Shown piece after piece: positions 38,118-47,097 of a stretch of DNA of 64,000 nt; positions within the stretch are counted from its first letter, which is position 1, and every line of letters begins with the position of its first letter. Source of the DNA: Candidatus Sericytochromatia bacterium (GTDB lineage: Bacteria > Cyanobacteriota > Sericytochromatia > S15B-MN24 > UBA4093); assembly GCA_036676495.1 (NCBI GenBank), contig JAKFCT010000038.1, positions 1-64,000 on the forward strand, read 5' to 3'. A program made the translations under genes and the position numbers. The notes beneath the pieces were generated by a model. It was not told the DNA's origin and searched no databases. It saw only the letters and a list, made by a program, of their open reading frames with translations.

Positions 38118-39700
38118 AGCCATACATCCACCTGGCGCAGGGCGTCGATCGACGCAGCCGGCGCCTTGGGCTGGACATGCTTGACCCCGAGGGCGTTCAC
38201 ATGAAGGCCCGTCGCCTCCAAGGCCTCCTGCAACTCCGGCAAGTGCTGGCGAAGCGCCTCGGCGATCGCCTGATCTTCAACGGCGACCTGACAGTTTAGC
38301 TGCTTTCGTCCCAAAAGTAAATCGACCCGGACGCGCTGTAGATGAGTGGTATCCAGGGTCACGACCACCCGCGTCTCCTCCGGATTGCCACCCTTGCGCC
38401 CCTTCCCTTCCTTGGCCTGGTACTGGACCCGGATCTCCCCGGATCCGCCGTTCCACCAGAGGGGCATCGCCACGGAGCGATCCGCCGCGGCATGCTGGGG
38501 ATCGATCGCAGCCGCGTTCACCACTTGCCCGAAGCGGACCTCGGCCAGCGCCTCGCGTATCGGCTCTCCGCCGTCCCCGCTGCGGACCGCCCGCTCCAGA
38601 ACCGCGGTCAGCGCCTCCTGGATCTTCACGAGCGGCTCGGCAAGAGGCCGGCCTGCTACCGCGGAGCGTGCCGCTTCCGCCTGAGGCGCCGCCCCTTGCC
38701 GGGGGGAGGCTTCCGGGCGTTCCGCCGGGGCTTTCGGGGTCTCGGCCCTTGGGGTCTCGGCCCTCTGGGTCTCGGCCTTTTGGGTCTCGGCCAGCGAGGC
38801 GGCGTTGCCGGCCTCCGGGAGCGTCACAGCGGGCTTGAGCGCGGCGGCCTCCGGCGCGAGCAAGGCCCGCGCGATCCGAGCCTCCGGCGGAGTGAAGGCT
38901 CTGGCGAGCTTGAGCAGATGCTCCGCGGTCTCGGCGGCATCCCCTTCCGGCAAGGCCAGATCCATGAGGGCTTGAGCGGCGGGAGTGGACGGTTCGGGGA
39001 TCCGGCGGGCGATCGCCGCCAGCCGCTCCCCCGGCGTCGAATTCGCTTGCATGCGACCCGAGACCCAGTCGACCGCCTCCTCCGTGACCGGAAGCCCCTT
39101 GGACACCAGAAACGCCGCCGCCTCCATGACCTTGACCGGCACGGGCAGCTTGGCCGCCGACGCGGCCGCCGGTGTCGCCGCGGGCGTGGCAGAGCGCGAG
39201 CCCGCCGGATCGGTCTCTTGCGATCGCGCCGCGAGGCGGTTCAGGGCATCGCCAAGCTGCGTCATCGCCTCCCGGCTCACGGTCCCCGCATGGCGCAGCA
39301 GCGCCCGCGCCATGGCCTGGTGCTTGGGATCTGTCGGCAAGCTCATTTCTTGCAACTGAGCCGCCAGGCGCTCGGGCTTCAGGGGAGCGGCCGGTTCGTG
39401 GCGAATCTCGGCGATCCTCAAGCGCAGCGGGTCGCTGCTGCCCTCGGGCCGGGGCTCGACCACGGCCGTGAAGACGTCTCCGGCCCGCAAGGGAGCCTCG
39501 GTGCGGACCTTGGCCGATCCGAGGTCGAGGAAGTCGAGCAGGGCCGTCTGGTTGAGGACCTGAAGGACCCTGGCTTCGACCTTGCCGGCCTGGATGAGGG
39601 CCTTGAGCAAATCCCCCTCGATCTTCCCTGCGCCCCCGGTGGGGAGGGCGACGACGGTGCCCGGTGTCGGGACCCGCAGGTTGGGATCGAGGGGGATCAT
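38114..39700 (-). CDS. Second FliK-like (YlqG-like) protein
   Basis: C-terminal VVVTLDTTHLQRVRVDL...LRQHLPELQEALEATGL and terminal VDVWL; paired with FlhX-like gene. Confidence 0.7.
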   Translation of the reverse strand: MIPLDPNLRVPTPGTVVALPTGGAGKIEGDLLKALIQAGKVEARVLQVLNQTALLDFLDLGSAKVRTEAPLRAGDVFTAVVEPRPEGSSDPLRLRIAEIRHEPAAPLKPERLAAQLQEMSLPTDPKHQAMARALLRHAGTVSREAMTQLGDALNRLAARSQETDPAGSRSATPAATPAAASAAKLPVPVKVMEAAAFLVSKGLPVTEEAVDWVSGRMQANSTPGERLAAIARRIPEPSTPAAQALMDLALPEGDAAETAEHLLKLARAFTPPEARIARALLAPEAAALKPAVTLPEAGNAASLAETQKAETQRAETPRAETPKAPAERPEASPRQGAAPQAEAARSAVAGRPLAEPLVKIQEALTAVLERAVRSGDGGEPIREALAEVRFGQVVNAAAIDPQHAAADRSVAMPLWWNGGSGEIRVQYQAKEGKGRKGGNPEETRVVVTLDTTHLQRVRVDLLLGRKQLNCQVAVEDQAIAEALRQHLPELQEALEATGLHVNALGVKHVQPKAPAASIDALRQVDVWL

Positions 39701-39731
39701 GCTGGCCTACCTTTTGCGATTGCCGCAGGCG

Positions 39732-41405
39732 CTAGCGCTTGAGGCTCATCAACTCCTGGAGGACTTCGTCCGAGGTCGAGATGATCCGGGAGTTCGACTG
39801 GAAGCCGCGCTGGGCGACGATCAGGTCCGAGAAGGTCTGCGCCAGGTCCACGTTGGAACCTTCGAGGGCCCCGGACTGCAGGGTGCCCCGGCCGCCGACC
39901 CCGGCGATGCCGATCTGGGCCTCGCCCGAGTTGTTGCTCTGGACGTAGACGTTGTCACCTGCCGAGGCCATACCGGCCGGGTTGGTGAAGTTGGCGACGG
40001 CCACCTGGCCCAGGGTGCGGGTCCGGCCGTTGGTGAAGGTGCCGGTCACCGTGCCCGAGCTGTCGAGGGAAACGCCCGAGAGCTCGCCCGCCGAGTAGCC
40101 GTTCTGGTCGGCCAGGACCGCCGAATCGGGGTTGGCGAACTGGGTGAAGCCGAGGGCCTGGCCCACCTGGCCCACATCGATCTTCATGGTCATGGACCGC
40201 GCGCCGAGATCCGGGTTGAGCGTGAGGTCCTGAATCGAGTTCGAGCTCAGGATGCCCCGATCGTCAAAGGTGATCTTGCCGGTGAGGTACAAGGGGGACT
40301 TCTCGGTGTAACCGCCGTTGTGCTCGAAGCGCGCGGTCCACTCGGTGGTCGAGAGGCGCGTGAAGACCATGGTGCCGCTGCGCTCGTTGCCCAGCGAGTC
40401 GAACATCTTGGTCGAGATGGCGACCTCGTTGATGTCCATGGCCACCGTGCCGGTCGGCGAGGTGGTGGCCGAGGCGGTCTGGGTCATCAGCGCCGGATTC
40501 AGCTTAAACTCGAGGGGCACGGATGCGGTGGTCGCGGGCACCCGAGTGAGGGCCACGTTATCGATGGTCGAGTTCGTGGCGTCAAAGGCCCCCGTGGTGG
40601 GATTGAAGCGGAGGGTTCCAAGAGGGGCGGAGGGAGCGAAGTCGACGAGCGGCGTGACGCCGTCACGGGCCGTGCCGGGGAAGACCGATTGCATGGTGAC
40701 GTCCCAGGTATCGGCCGCCGTCTTGTTGTAAACGATTTGCCCCTGGCTCGGCTTACCGTCCGACCCAATGAACTCCAGGATCGGGCCGTTGACGGTGGTA
40801 CCCACGGGATCGGCCGACGAGAGGTTGCCGGTCACCGCGTAGCCGGGGATCTTGCCGTCCGAGCTCATGTTGCCGCCGAAGACCAGGACATCCGTAGCCT
40901 TGGGGGGGATCGACGTGCTCTTGGGAACCGTGATGGGCTCGGGAGGCCGCGAGGTGACGACCGTGGGCACGCCGTTCACTTCCTGAGCGTTCCAGCCCAT
41001 GACCCGGAAGCCGTTGGAGGTCTTGACCAGGTTGCCCTGCTTGTCGAAGTCGAACTGGCCGTCGCGGGTGTAGACGTTCTGGATGCCGTTGTTGAGGACG
41101 AAGAAGCCCTCGCCGCTGATGGCCAGGTCCGTGGGCTTGCCGGTGATCTGAAGGGCGCCCTGGCTCATCTGGAGGTCGATCGAGCCGACGGTCATGCCGA
41201 GGCCGACCTGGGAGGGGTTGGTGCCGCCCAGGTTACCCGAAGGAGCGGCGCCGCCGCGCATGGTCTGCGAGAACTGGTTCTGGAAGTTGACCCGCTGGCT
41301 CTTGTAGCCGACGGTGTTGACGTTGGCGATGTTGTTGCCCAGGACGTCGATGCGCACCTGGTGGTTACGCATGCCGGAAACGCCCGAGTTCATGGCACGA
41401 AGCAT
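39732..41405 (-). CDS. flgE: Flagellar hook protein FlgE (557 aa)
   Basis: GNNIANVNTVGYK, TDLAISGEGFF, YTRDGQF, LEGSNVDLA..QRGFQSN; ATG 41405 after GAGGAGG. Confidence 0.95.
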   Translation of the reverse strand: MLRAMNSGVSGMRNHQVRIDVLGNNIANVNTVGYKSQRVNFQNQFSQTMRGGAAPSGNLGGTNPSQVGLGMTVGSIDLQMSQGALQITGKPTDLAISGEGFFVLNNGIQNVYTRDGQFDFDKQGNLVKTSNGFRVMGWNAQEVNGVPTVVTSRPPEPITVPKSTSIPPKATDVLVFGGNMSSDGKIPGYAVTGNLSSADPVGTTVNGPILEFIGSDGKPSQGQIVYNKTAADTWDVTMQSVFPGTARDGVTPLVDFAPSAPLGTLRFNPTTGAFDATNSTIDNVALTRVPATTASVPLEFKLNPALMTQTASATTSPTGTVAMDINEVAISTKMFDSLGNERSGTMVFTRLSTTEWTARFEHNGGYTEKSPLYLTGKITFDDRGILSSNSIQDLTLNPDLGARSMTMKIDVGQVGQALGFTQFANPDSAVLADQNGYSAGELSGVSLDSSGTVTGTFTNGRTRTLGQVAVANFTNPAGMASAGDNVYVQSNNSGEAQIGIAGVGGRGTLQSGALEGSNVDLAQTFSDLIVAQRGFQSNSRIISTSDEVLQELMSLKR

Positions 41406-41505
41406 GAATCCTCCTCGAAAGTGAGGCGGGCCTGGACCAGTCGGGTCCAGGGCGGGCTCTCCCGAGAAGGGTCCGAGCCTTGCCGCCAGTGAAGCCGTAA
41501 ACCGT

Positions 41506-41889
41506 TTAGACGATGACCGCCGAATCGATGTTGGTGAAGACGTTCTCCTTGAGGCTAGCCCCATCGACCGCCGTGATGACCGTCCGGTTCTTGACCGAGA
41601 CGATGACCGCGAGGTCTTCCATCAGCACGAGCGACTCCTTCGCGCCCTTGCTCGCCGCACGATCCACGGCTTCCGTCAGCTTGGCCATGCGCGCCTCGTT
41701 GAGCTCGATGCCCCGGCTCTTCAGCCGGGCCTGCGCATGGGCCGAGATCTTGATCTCCCGGGTCTTCGCGTCGAAGAAGTCCCCGAAGGCGGGACCGGTA
41801 GTTCGGGCGACCGAGGTTCCTGGCTTGGGTCCGGTCGGCCCGACCGGACCGATGGGCCCCGGCGGAAAACCAATGCCTTCAAGCGTCAT
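41506..41889 (-). CDS. Flagellar operon protein (TIGR02530-like)
   Basis: KISAHAQARL..RGI, KGAKESLVL, NRTVITA, NVFTNIDSAVI. Confidence 0.88.
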   Translation of the reverse strand: MTLEGIGFPPGPIGPVGPTGPKPGTSVARTTGPAFGDFFDAKTREIKISAHAQARLKSRGIELNEARMAKLTEAVDRAASKGAKESLVLMEDLAVIVSVKNRTVITAVDGASLKENVFTNIDSAVIV

Positions 41890-41891
41890 GG

Positions 41892-42335
41892 TTATCCCTC
41901 CTGCTTACCATCATCGGCAGGCTTGCCCTCGGCTTGAGGGGCAGCGACCTGCTGAATCGCCTCGAGATCGTAAGCCTTGCCCCCCACCATCACCTTGATC
42001 TCGCCTTCGATCCGGCGGACTTCGTCCACGGTGCCGGCGAAGTGCTCGTCTTCGGTGCGGATGGCCACCGTCTTGCCAAGCAAGGACGACGCCTGGGTGA
42101 GCTGGTTGAAATCGGACATCGCCGCGAAGCTCTTGTTGAGCCCGCGCATCTCTTCGAGGGCGTTGAACTGCGCCATCTGCGCGATGAACTCCTTGTCCTC
42201 CATGGGGTTCATGGGGTCCTGGTAGCGCAGCTGTGCGACCAGCAGCTTCAGGAAGTCGGCCTGGCCGAGATTCTGCTGTTTGCTGGCGGAGGGGGTCTCG
42301 AAGCCGGACCCATTGGATACGGAATTGGTCTGCAT
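41892..42335 (-). CDS. flgD: Hook cap protein FlgD
   Basis: FLKLLVAQLRYQDPMNPM..EFIAQMAQF. Confidence 0.95.
   Translation of the reverse strand: MQTNSVSNGSGFETPSASKQQNLGQADFLKLLVAQLRYQDPMNPMEDKEFIAQMAQFNALEEMRGLNKSFAAMSDFNQLTQASSLLGKTVAIRTEDEHFAGTVDEVRRIEGEIKVMVGGKAYDLEAIQQVAAPQAEGKPADDGKQEG
41911..41937 (-). promoter_or_regulatory. sigma28-type promoter inside flgD 3' end
   Basis: TCAA-N15-GCCGATGA upstream of the TIGR02530-like gene and flgE. Confidence 0.6.
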
Positions 42336-42392
42336 GATGCTTCCTCGCTAAGCGATCCCCGCCCCCGGCCTGGGGGCGGGACCGCAAGATAA

Positions 42393-43817
42393 TCAGGCCT
42401 GCGCGTCGAAGCCGGAATTGGCGATCGCCTCGGCGACCGGCAATTCCTCGGTCTCGCCCGCAGACCAGGCCTCCCAGCCCAGTTGCGCGGAGTGACCCGA
42501 GCTCTGCTGGCCGGAGGGATCCCGCTGGGGCTCCTGACCGAATGCCTGACGACCGAACTCGAACCCGGCGGCGGCTTGCTGGTCGCGCGGACCCTGGTTG
42601 TTCACGCTCACCTCCAGGCGATCGATCTTGATCCCCTGATCCGCCAGGGTCGTCCGTAGCGCGGCGAGCTGGTTCTCGACCAGATCCCGCACTCCGGCAT
42701 GCTCGACCCGGATGACCGCGCTCACCGCGCCTTGGTGGGCCTGCACCCGCACTTCCATGCGGCCGAGATGCTCGGGAGTGAGCTGGAGCCTCAGCTCCGA
42801 CGGGCGATCGGGAGTCTTCTGCGCCTGGACGAAGGTCTGCGTGATCGCTTCCTTCACCGGCAAGGGCTCCGCCTTGACAGCTTGGGTCTCGGACCTGACG
42901 ACCGACGGGCCGGAGACCGGAGTTCCGGCCGCCGCCCTGACGGGCTCAGCGATCTCCCAGGGCTTCACCGCCCCGGTTTCTGGCGCAGCCTCGTCGATGA
43001 CCGCGGCGGTCACCTCGTCGAGGCTGGCCGGCATCGGGCGGGATTCGGCGCGTGCCGGGGCGGGGGTCGTCTCGGTGCGAGGAGCACCGTCCAACGATTC
43101 CCTCAGGGACGTCAGCCCTTTCACGGCATGCAAACCATCCAGCGAACTCGGGACGGACGGGCGCGCGACCGGCTTGACCGGCAACGCGGCCTTGGCGGCT
43201 TCGGGGGCTTCGGGGGCCTCGGCCTCCTCGGCTTCCTCGGCAGGCACGACCGGTTCCTCGGTCTTGGAAACCGCTTCCTGCTTGCCCTGCGGTGCCACCG
43301 TCTTGACGAGCGCCGCAGCGACCACCGGATCGTCTGCCAGGGCGACCTCTTCGGTACCGGTCGCCACCACGGCGGTCGCCGGCGTCGGAAGCGCCTCGTC
43401 CGCTCCGGAAGCGTCAGGTCCAGCAGGCATCGCCACGGGAGCCTCCGGCACGGGAACCGACGCGGTCATGACCGCATAGCTCGCCAGTTCGGAGACGGGG
43501 GCCGGCGGAACGGCAGCCGGCATGGCCGAAGCCTGCTCGGCGGGATTTCCCTCGGGGTTCTCGGCCGTCGCGTCCTTGGTCGGCTGCTCGCCCTTCGGCG
43601 AGGCCTCCGCGGAGGCTTCGGGGGGGACCTCAGGCGCGTCCTGAGGCTTGGTCTCGGCCACTCCCTTGGATGTCGATCCGGGCTTGGCCTCTGCACGGTT
43701 CAGCCGCTCTTCGAAGGAAGGACCTTCCTTGCGGCCTCCCGCACGAGGCATCTCGCGGGGCGCGTATCGCGTATCCGGGGCGGGAGCGGCCATGGCCACC
43801 ATGGGATTGGGGGACAT
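42393..43817 (-). CDS. fliK: Hook-length control protein FliK
   Basis: Ala/Pro/Glu-rich N-region; LRLQLTPEHLGRMEV...LRTTLADQG. Confidence 0.9.
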   Translation of the reverse strand: MSPNPMVAMAAPAPDTRYAPREMPRAGGRKEGPSFEERLNRAEAKPGSTSKGVAETKPQDAPEVPPEASAEASPKGEQPTKDATAENPEGNPAEQASAMPAAVPPAPVSELASYAVMTASVPVPEAPVAMPAGPDASGADEALPTPATAVVATGTEEVALADDPVVAAALVKTVAPQGKQEAVSKTEEPVVPAEEAEEAEAPEAPEAAKAALPVKPVARPSVPSSLDGLHAVKGLTSLRESLDGAPRTETTPAPARAESRPMPASLDEVTAAVIDEAAPETGAVKPWEIAEPVRAAAGTPVSGPSVVRSETQAVKAEPLPVKEAITQTFVQAQKTPDRPSELRLQLTPEHLGRMEVRVQAHQGAVSAVIRVEHAGVRDLVENQLAALRTTLADQGIKIDRLEVSVNNQGPRDQQAAAGFEFGRQAFGQEPQRDPSGQQSSGHSAQLGWEAWSAGETEELPVAEAIANSGFDAQA

Positions 43818-43857
43818 GGATTCCTCCTTGCTAGGCGCTTTGCTGCGCCTTCCCTGA

Positions 43858-43884
43858 TCATCGACCGGGATCGGAGGAAGTTTA
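43858..43884 (-). promoter_or_regulatory. sigma28-type promoter of fliK
   Basis: TAAA-N15-GTCGATGA. Confidence 0.65.
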
Positions 43885-43906
43885 GAGCGAATTCTCGAGG
43901 AAGCGC

Positions 43907-44185
43907 CTACCGGGCTCGGACCTGAACGGTCTCGCGGCGCAGAACGCCCGCGGCGTCGAACTCCCGGATCATGGCCTGGGTCGCCCGCTCGGGATCGGCG
44001 GGCTCCCCCTCCGCGTCCACGAGCAGCCGGACCACCCGGACGATCGGAACGATCTCGTCCGCATCTTCGGGGCGCGCGACCATGACCCCCTCGCGCAGGT
44101 AGACCTCGCGGTTGGCCGGCGGGACCTCCGCGACGGGAAGACGCTGGATCACCGTGTTGGTGTTGCCGTCGACGAACTCGATCAT
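43907..44185 (-). CDS. Small hypothetical protein (92 aa)
   Basis: ATG 1 nt after peptidase stop (TAG-C-ATG); no signal peptide. Confidence 0.65.
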   Translation of the reverse strand: MIEFVDGNTNTVIQRLPVAEVPPANREVYLREGVMVARPEDADEIVPIVRVVRLLVDAEGEPADPERATQAMIREFDAAGVLRRETVQVRAR

Positions 44186-44186
44186 G

Positions 44187-45227
44187 CTAGCCAACCTTCG
44201 GCCGCGCCGCCTGGCGCCCCCCGACCTTGAACTTGGCGTCGAATTCGCGCTGGTAGATGGCCTCCAGGATCCGGGCCCGGTTCGGATACTTCTCCTGGAA
44301 CGCCTTCAGGGCCTCGGGCGTCCGCCGGGCCTCCTGGTAGTAGCGCCAAGCCTCCGCGAAGTCCTCGTTGGGGTTGTTGGAGCCGTACGTCGAAATCTGG
44401 TTGCCGTCCGCCTTGAGGGCCTCTTCCCAGCCCGGCGGGATCATCTCCGCGTGCCGGGTCCGGCTCGTCGAGTAGCCCGCGCCGAAAAGATGCGCCATCT
44501 CGTGGTTGAACGTACCCTCGATGAGGTTGTACGGGTTCTCGTCAAGGTTCCAGAAGGTGATGTTCCCGCCGCCCGCCGTGGCCGCCGAGGAAAAGGTATC
44601 CCGTCCGTAGATCTTCGCCCAGTAGGCGTCTTCGGGGTTCGCCACGGTCTCGAGCTGGATCGACTTGAGGGCCGGCCGCAGATGCGCCGGCACCTCCGCG
44701 TAGTACGCGATGACCTTGGCCAGTTGTTCCTTGGGGTCGAGGCCCTTGGCCACTCCCACGTCGAAGGACAGCCCTTCGATCGTCAGGCGGAACTGCTCAC
44801 GGTCCGCCGCATCAGCATTCGCCTTCGAGGCCTCCGGGCGGGCAATCCTCACGACGACCGGCTCGCCGACCTGACGCGGGAAGGCCGTGATCTGCCCGGC
44901 GATCGCCTTGGAGACGGCCTCTTCCTGGGCCAGCACCGCCGGGGACTTTCCAGCGAACGGCCGCCGGGCGGGCTTCGGCTCCGGCGTCACCTCGGGGGTC
45001 GTGGTCGTCTTCGCCTGACGCGCCTTCTCCGCGATCTCGGAAAGCTCTTTCTTGGGTTCGGTCGGGAAGCTCAAGTCCAGACGATCCAGGCGGATCAGAT
45101 CCGGCGGGAGGCCCTGATCGGCGACATGCTTCGCGAGAGTGGCGTCGAAACTCGGCTCAAGGCGGTTCTTCCCCAGAAGAGTCGCCGAGAGATCGATATT
45201 GGTAGAGGCCTGGCTTCGTATGGACAC
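44187..45227 (-). CDS. Zinc metallopeptidase (HEXXH + EDFAE)
   Basis: TFNHEMAHLFG ... ISTYGSNNPNEDFAEAWRYY ... YPNRARIL; AGAGGA RBS; no signal peptide. Confidence 0.8.
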   Translation of the reverse strand: MSIRSQASTNIDLSATLLGKNRLEPSFDATLAKHVADQGLPPDLIRLDRLDLSFPTEPKKELSEIAEKARQAKTTTTPEVTPEPKPARRPFAGKSPAVLAQEEAVSKAIAGQITAFPRQVGEPVVVRIARPEASKANADAADREQFRLTIEGLSFDVGVAKGLDPKEQLAKVIAYYAEVPAHLRPALKSIQLETVANPEDAYWAKIYGRDTFSSAATAGGGNITFWNLDENPYNLIEGTFNHEMAHLFGAGYSTSRTRHAEMIPPGWEEALKADGNQISTYGSNNPNEDFAEAWRYYQEARRTPEALKAFQEKYPNRARILEAIYQREFDAKFKVGGRQAARPKVG

Positions 45228-45333
45228 GTTTGAATCCTCTGGGTCGCCGCTGCATGGAGGTTATACCCTGCTTGCCGGCGTTTCGTGCTTAGAAACGTGA
45301 GGCCCGTTTCATTTCGTGGGAGCCCCGCGGGCG

Positions 45334-45780
45334 CTAGGTCTTCCGCACGTGCCGGAGGGTGGCGATCTCGTCGAGATCCTTGGCCTCGATCCGGTCCGCC
45401 GCCTTCAGGTACTCGGCCTTGGCTTGATCCTTCAATTGGTCGAGAACCTGCTTGGCCCGCGCCGCCGCGATCAGGGCCGCACGACGCTGGTCGACGACGC
45501 CCTCGGCCTGGGAGATGCGCTGTATCTGCTCCCGGATGGCCGCCGTCAGGCCCATGGAATATGTCTGGAACCACTGGATCGCCTGAACGTCCAACCGGCC
45601 TTCCTTCTGGAGAAGATGGTACTCGGCGAGCGCATTGGCCTCGAGAATGCGCAACTCGGTGAGCTTGTCCTTCTCGGCTCCGAGGGCGCCGATGGCCTCG
45701 GCCAGCTCGCGCCCGCGGGCCTCCTCGTCGCGCTGCCGCATGTCGAGGACGGTCTGAAGGCGGAACGCGAAGGCCTTCAT
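45334..45780 (-). CDS. fliJ: Flagellar export protein FliJ
   Basis: FAFRLQTVLDMR, coiled coil, EAKDLDEIA; follows fliI. Confidence 0.9.
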   Translation of the reverse strand: MKAFAFRLQTVLDMRQRDEEARGRELAEAIGALGAEKDKLTELRILEANALAEYHLLQKEGRLDVQAIQWFQTYSMGLTAAIREQIQRISQAEGVVDQRRAALIAAARAKQVLDQLKDQAKAEYLKAADRIEAKDLDEIATLRHVRKT

Positions 45781-45783
45781 GGC

Positions 45784-47097
45784 TTAGACCCCGAGGCCTT
45801 GCAGGGAGGCGATCGCCTCCGCGTAATCGACCCGCTCGTTCACCGCCTGCTTCAGGAAGGCGTTGATCTTGGGGACCAGGGCGATCGCCCGGTCGATCTG
45901 AGGGTTGGAGCCCGGCTGGTAGGCTCCGATGTTGACCAGATCCCGGGCCTCCCGGTAGACCGCGAGCATCTCGCGCAGGCCGCCGGCGGCTTGCAGGTGC
46001 TCGGGGGGGACGATCTCGGTCATGACGCGCGAAACCGAGCCCAGGACGTCGATGGCCGGGTAGTGGTTCTGAGCGGCGAGATCGCGCGAGAGGACGATAT
46101 GCCCGTCGAGGATGCCTCGGACCGTGTCGGAGATGGGCTCGTTGGTGTCGTCGCCTTCGACCAGGACGGTGTAGAGGGCGGTGATGGCCCCCTGTTCGGC
46201 GGTTCCGGCGCGCTCCAGGAGCTTGGGGAGCATGGCGAAGACCGAGGGGGTGTAGCCCTTGGTCGCAGGCGGCTCCCCGATGGCCAGGCCCACCTCGCGC
46301 TGGGCCATGGCGAAGCGGGTGACCGAATCCATCATGAGGATGACGTTGGCGCCCTGGTCGCGGAAGTGCTCGGCGATCGCCGTGGCCACGAAGGCTCCCT
46401 TGAGGCGCTGCAGCGCGGGTTGATCGGAGGTGGCGACCACCACCACCGAGCGCGCCAACCCTTCCTCGCCCAGGTCCCGCTCCAGGAACTCCCGGACCTC
46501 GCGGCCACGCTCCCCGATCAGCGCGATCACGTTGAGATCCGCCTGGGCCTCGCGCGCGATCATCCCCAAGAGCGTGCTCTTGCCGACTCCGGAGCCAGCG
46601 AAGATGCCGAGCCGCTGCCCCTGACCGCAGGTCAGGAGGGCATCCATGGCGCGCACGCCCATCGGCAAGGGCTCGGTGATGCGCTGGCGGGTCAAGGGAT
46701 TGGGAGGAGGAGCTTCGAGCGGAGCGCGGCGGGCATGGACGATGGGCCCCTTGCCGTCGATGGGGTTGCCCAGGCCATCCAGGACGCGGCCGAGCAGTTC
46801 GGAGCCGACGGGGACATAGAGCTGGCGGCCGGTGGCCACGACGGGGCTTCCGGGCTTGATCCCCTCCATGGTCCCCAGGGGCATCAAGAGCAGGCGATCC
46901 TCGCGGAAACCGACCACCTCGGCGGGCACCACGCGCCCCGCGCCGCACTCGATGTGCGCCAGCTCGCCGAGACTGGCCGGAGGGCCGAAGGACTCGACCA
47001 CCAGGCCGATGACCTGTGCCACCTTGCCCTCATGGCGCAGCGGCCGGCAGGCGCGCGCGCGCTCCAGCGCGGAGGAGAGGTCTAAACGGGTTTCCAT
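45784..47097 (-). CDS. fliI: Flagellar export ATPase FliI
   Basis: GIFAGSGVGKSTLLG, LIGERGREVREF, MDSVTRFAMAQRE. Confidence 0.97.
   Translation of the reverse strand: METRLDLSSALERARACRPLRHEGKVAQVIGLVVESFGPPASLGELAHIECGAGRVVPAEVVGFREDRLLLMPLGTMEGIKPGSPVVATGRQLYVPVGSELLGRVLDGLGNPIDGKGPIVHARRAPLEAPPPNPLTRQRITEPLPMGVRAMDALLTCGQGQRLGIFAGSGVGKSTLLGMIAREAQADLNVIALIGERGREVREFLERDLGEEGLARSVVVVATSDQPALQRLKGAFVATAIAEHFRDQGANVILMMDSVTRFAMAQREVGLAIGEPPATKGYTPSVFAMLPKLLERAGTAEQGAITALYTVLVEGDDTNEPISDTVRGILDGHIVLSRDLAAQNHYPAIDVLGSVSRVMTEIVPPEHLQAAGGLREMLAVYREARDLVNIGAYQPGSNPQIDRAIALVPKINAFLKQAVNERVDYAEAIASLQGLGV

Noticed and set aside
38730-38795. Short 15-bp tandem repeat (AETQK/AETQR/AETPR/AETPK)
   Set aside because: Coding low-complexity repeat in the FliK-like linker; no spacers, so not CRISPR
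45240-45330. sigma28 promoter for the metallopeptidase
   Set aside because: GCCGGCAA has no matching -35 at 15 nt; only a TATAAC -10 is supportable
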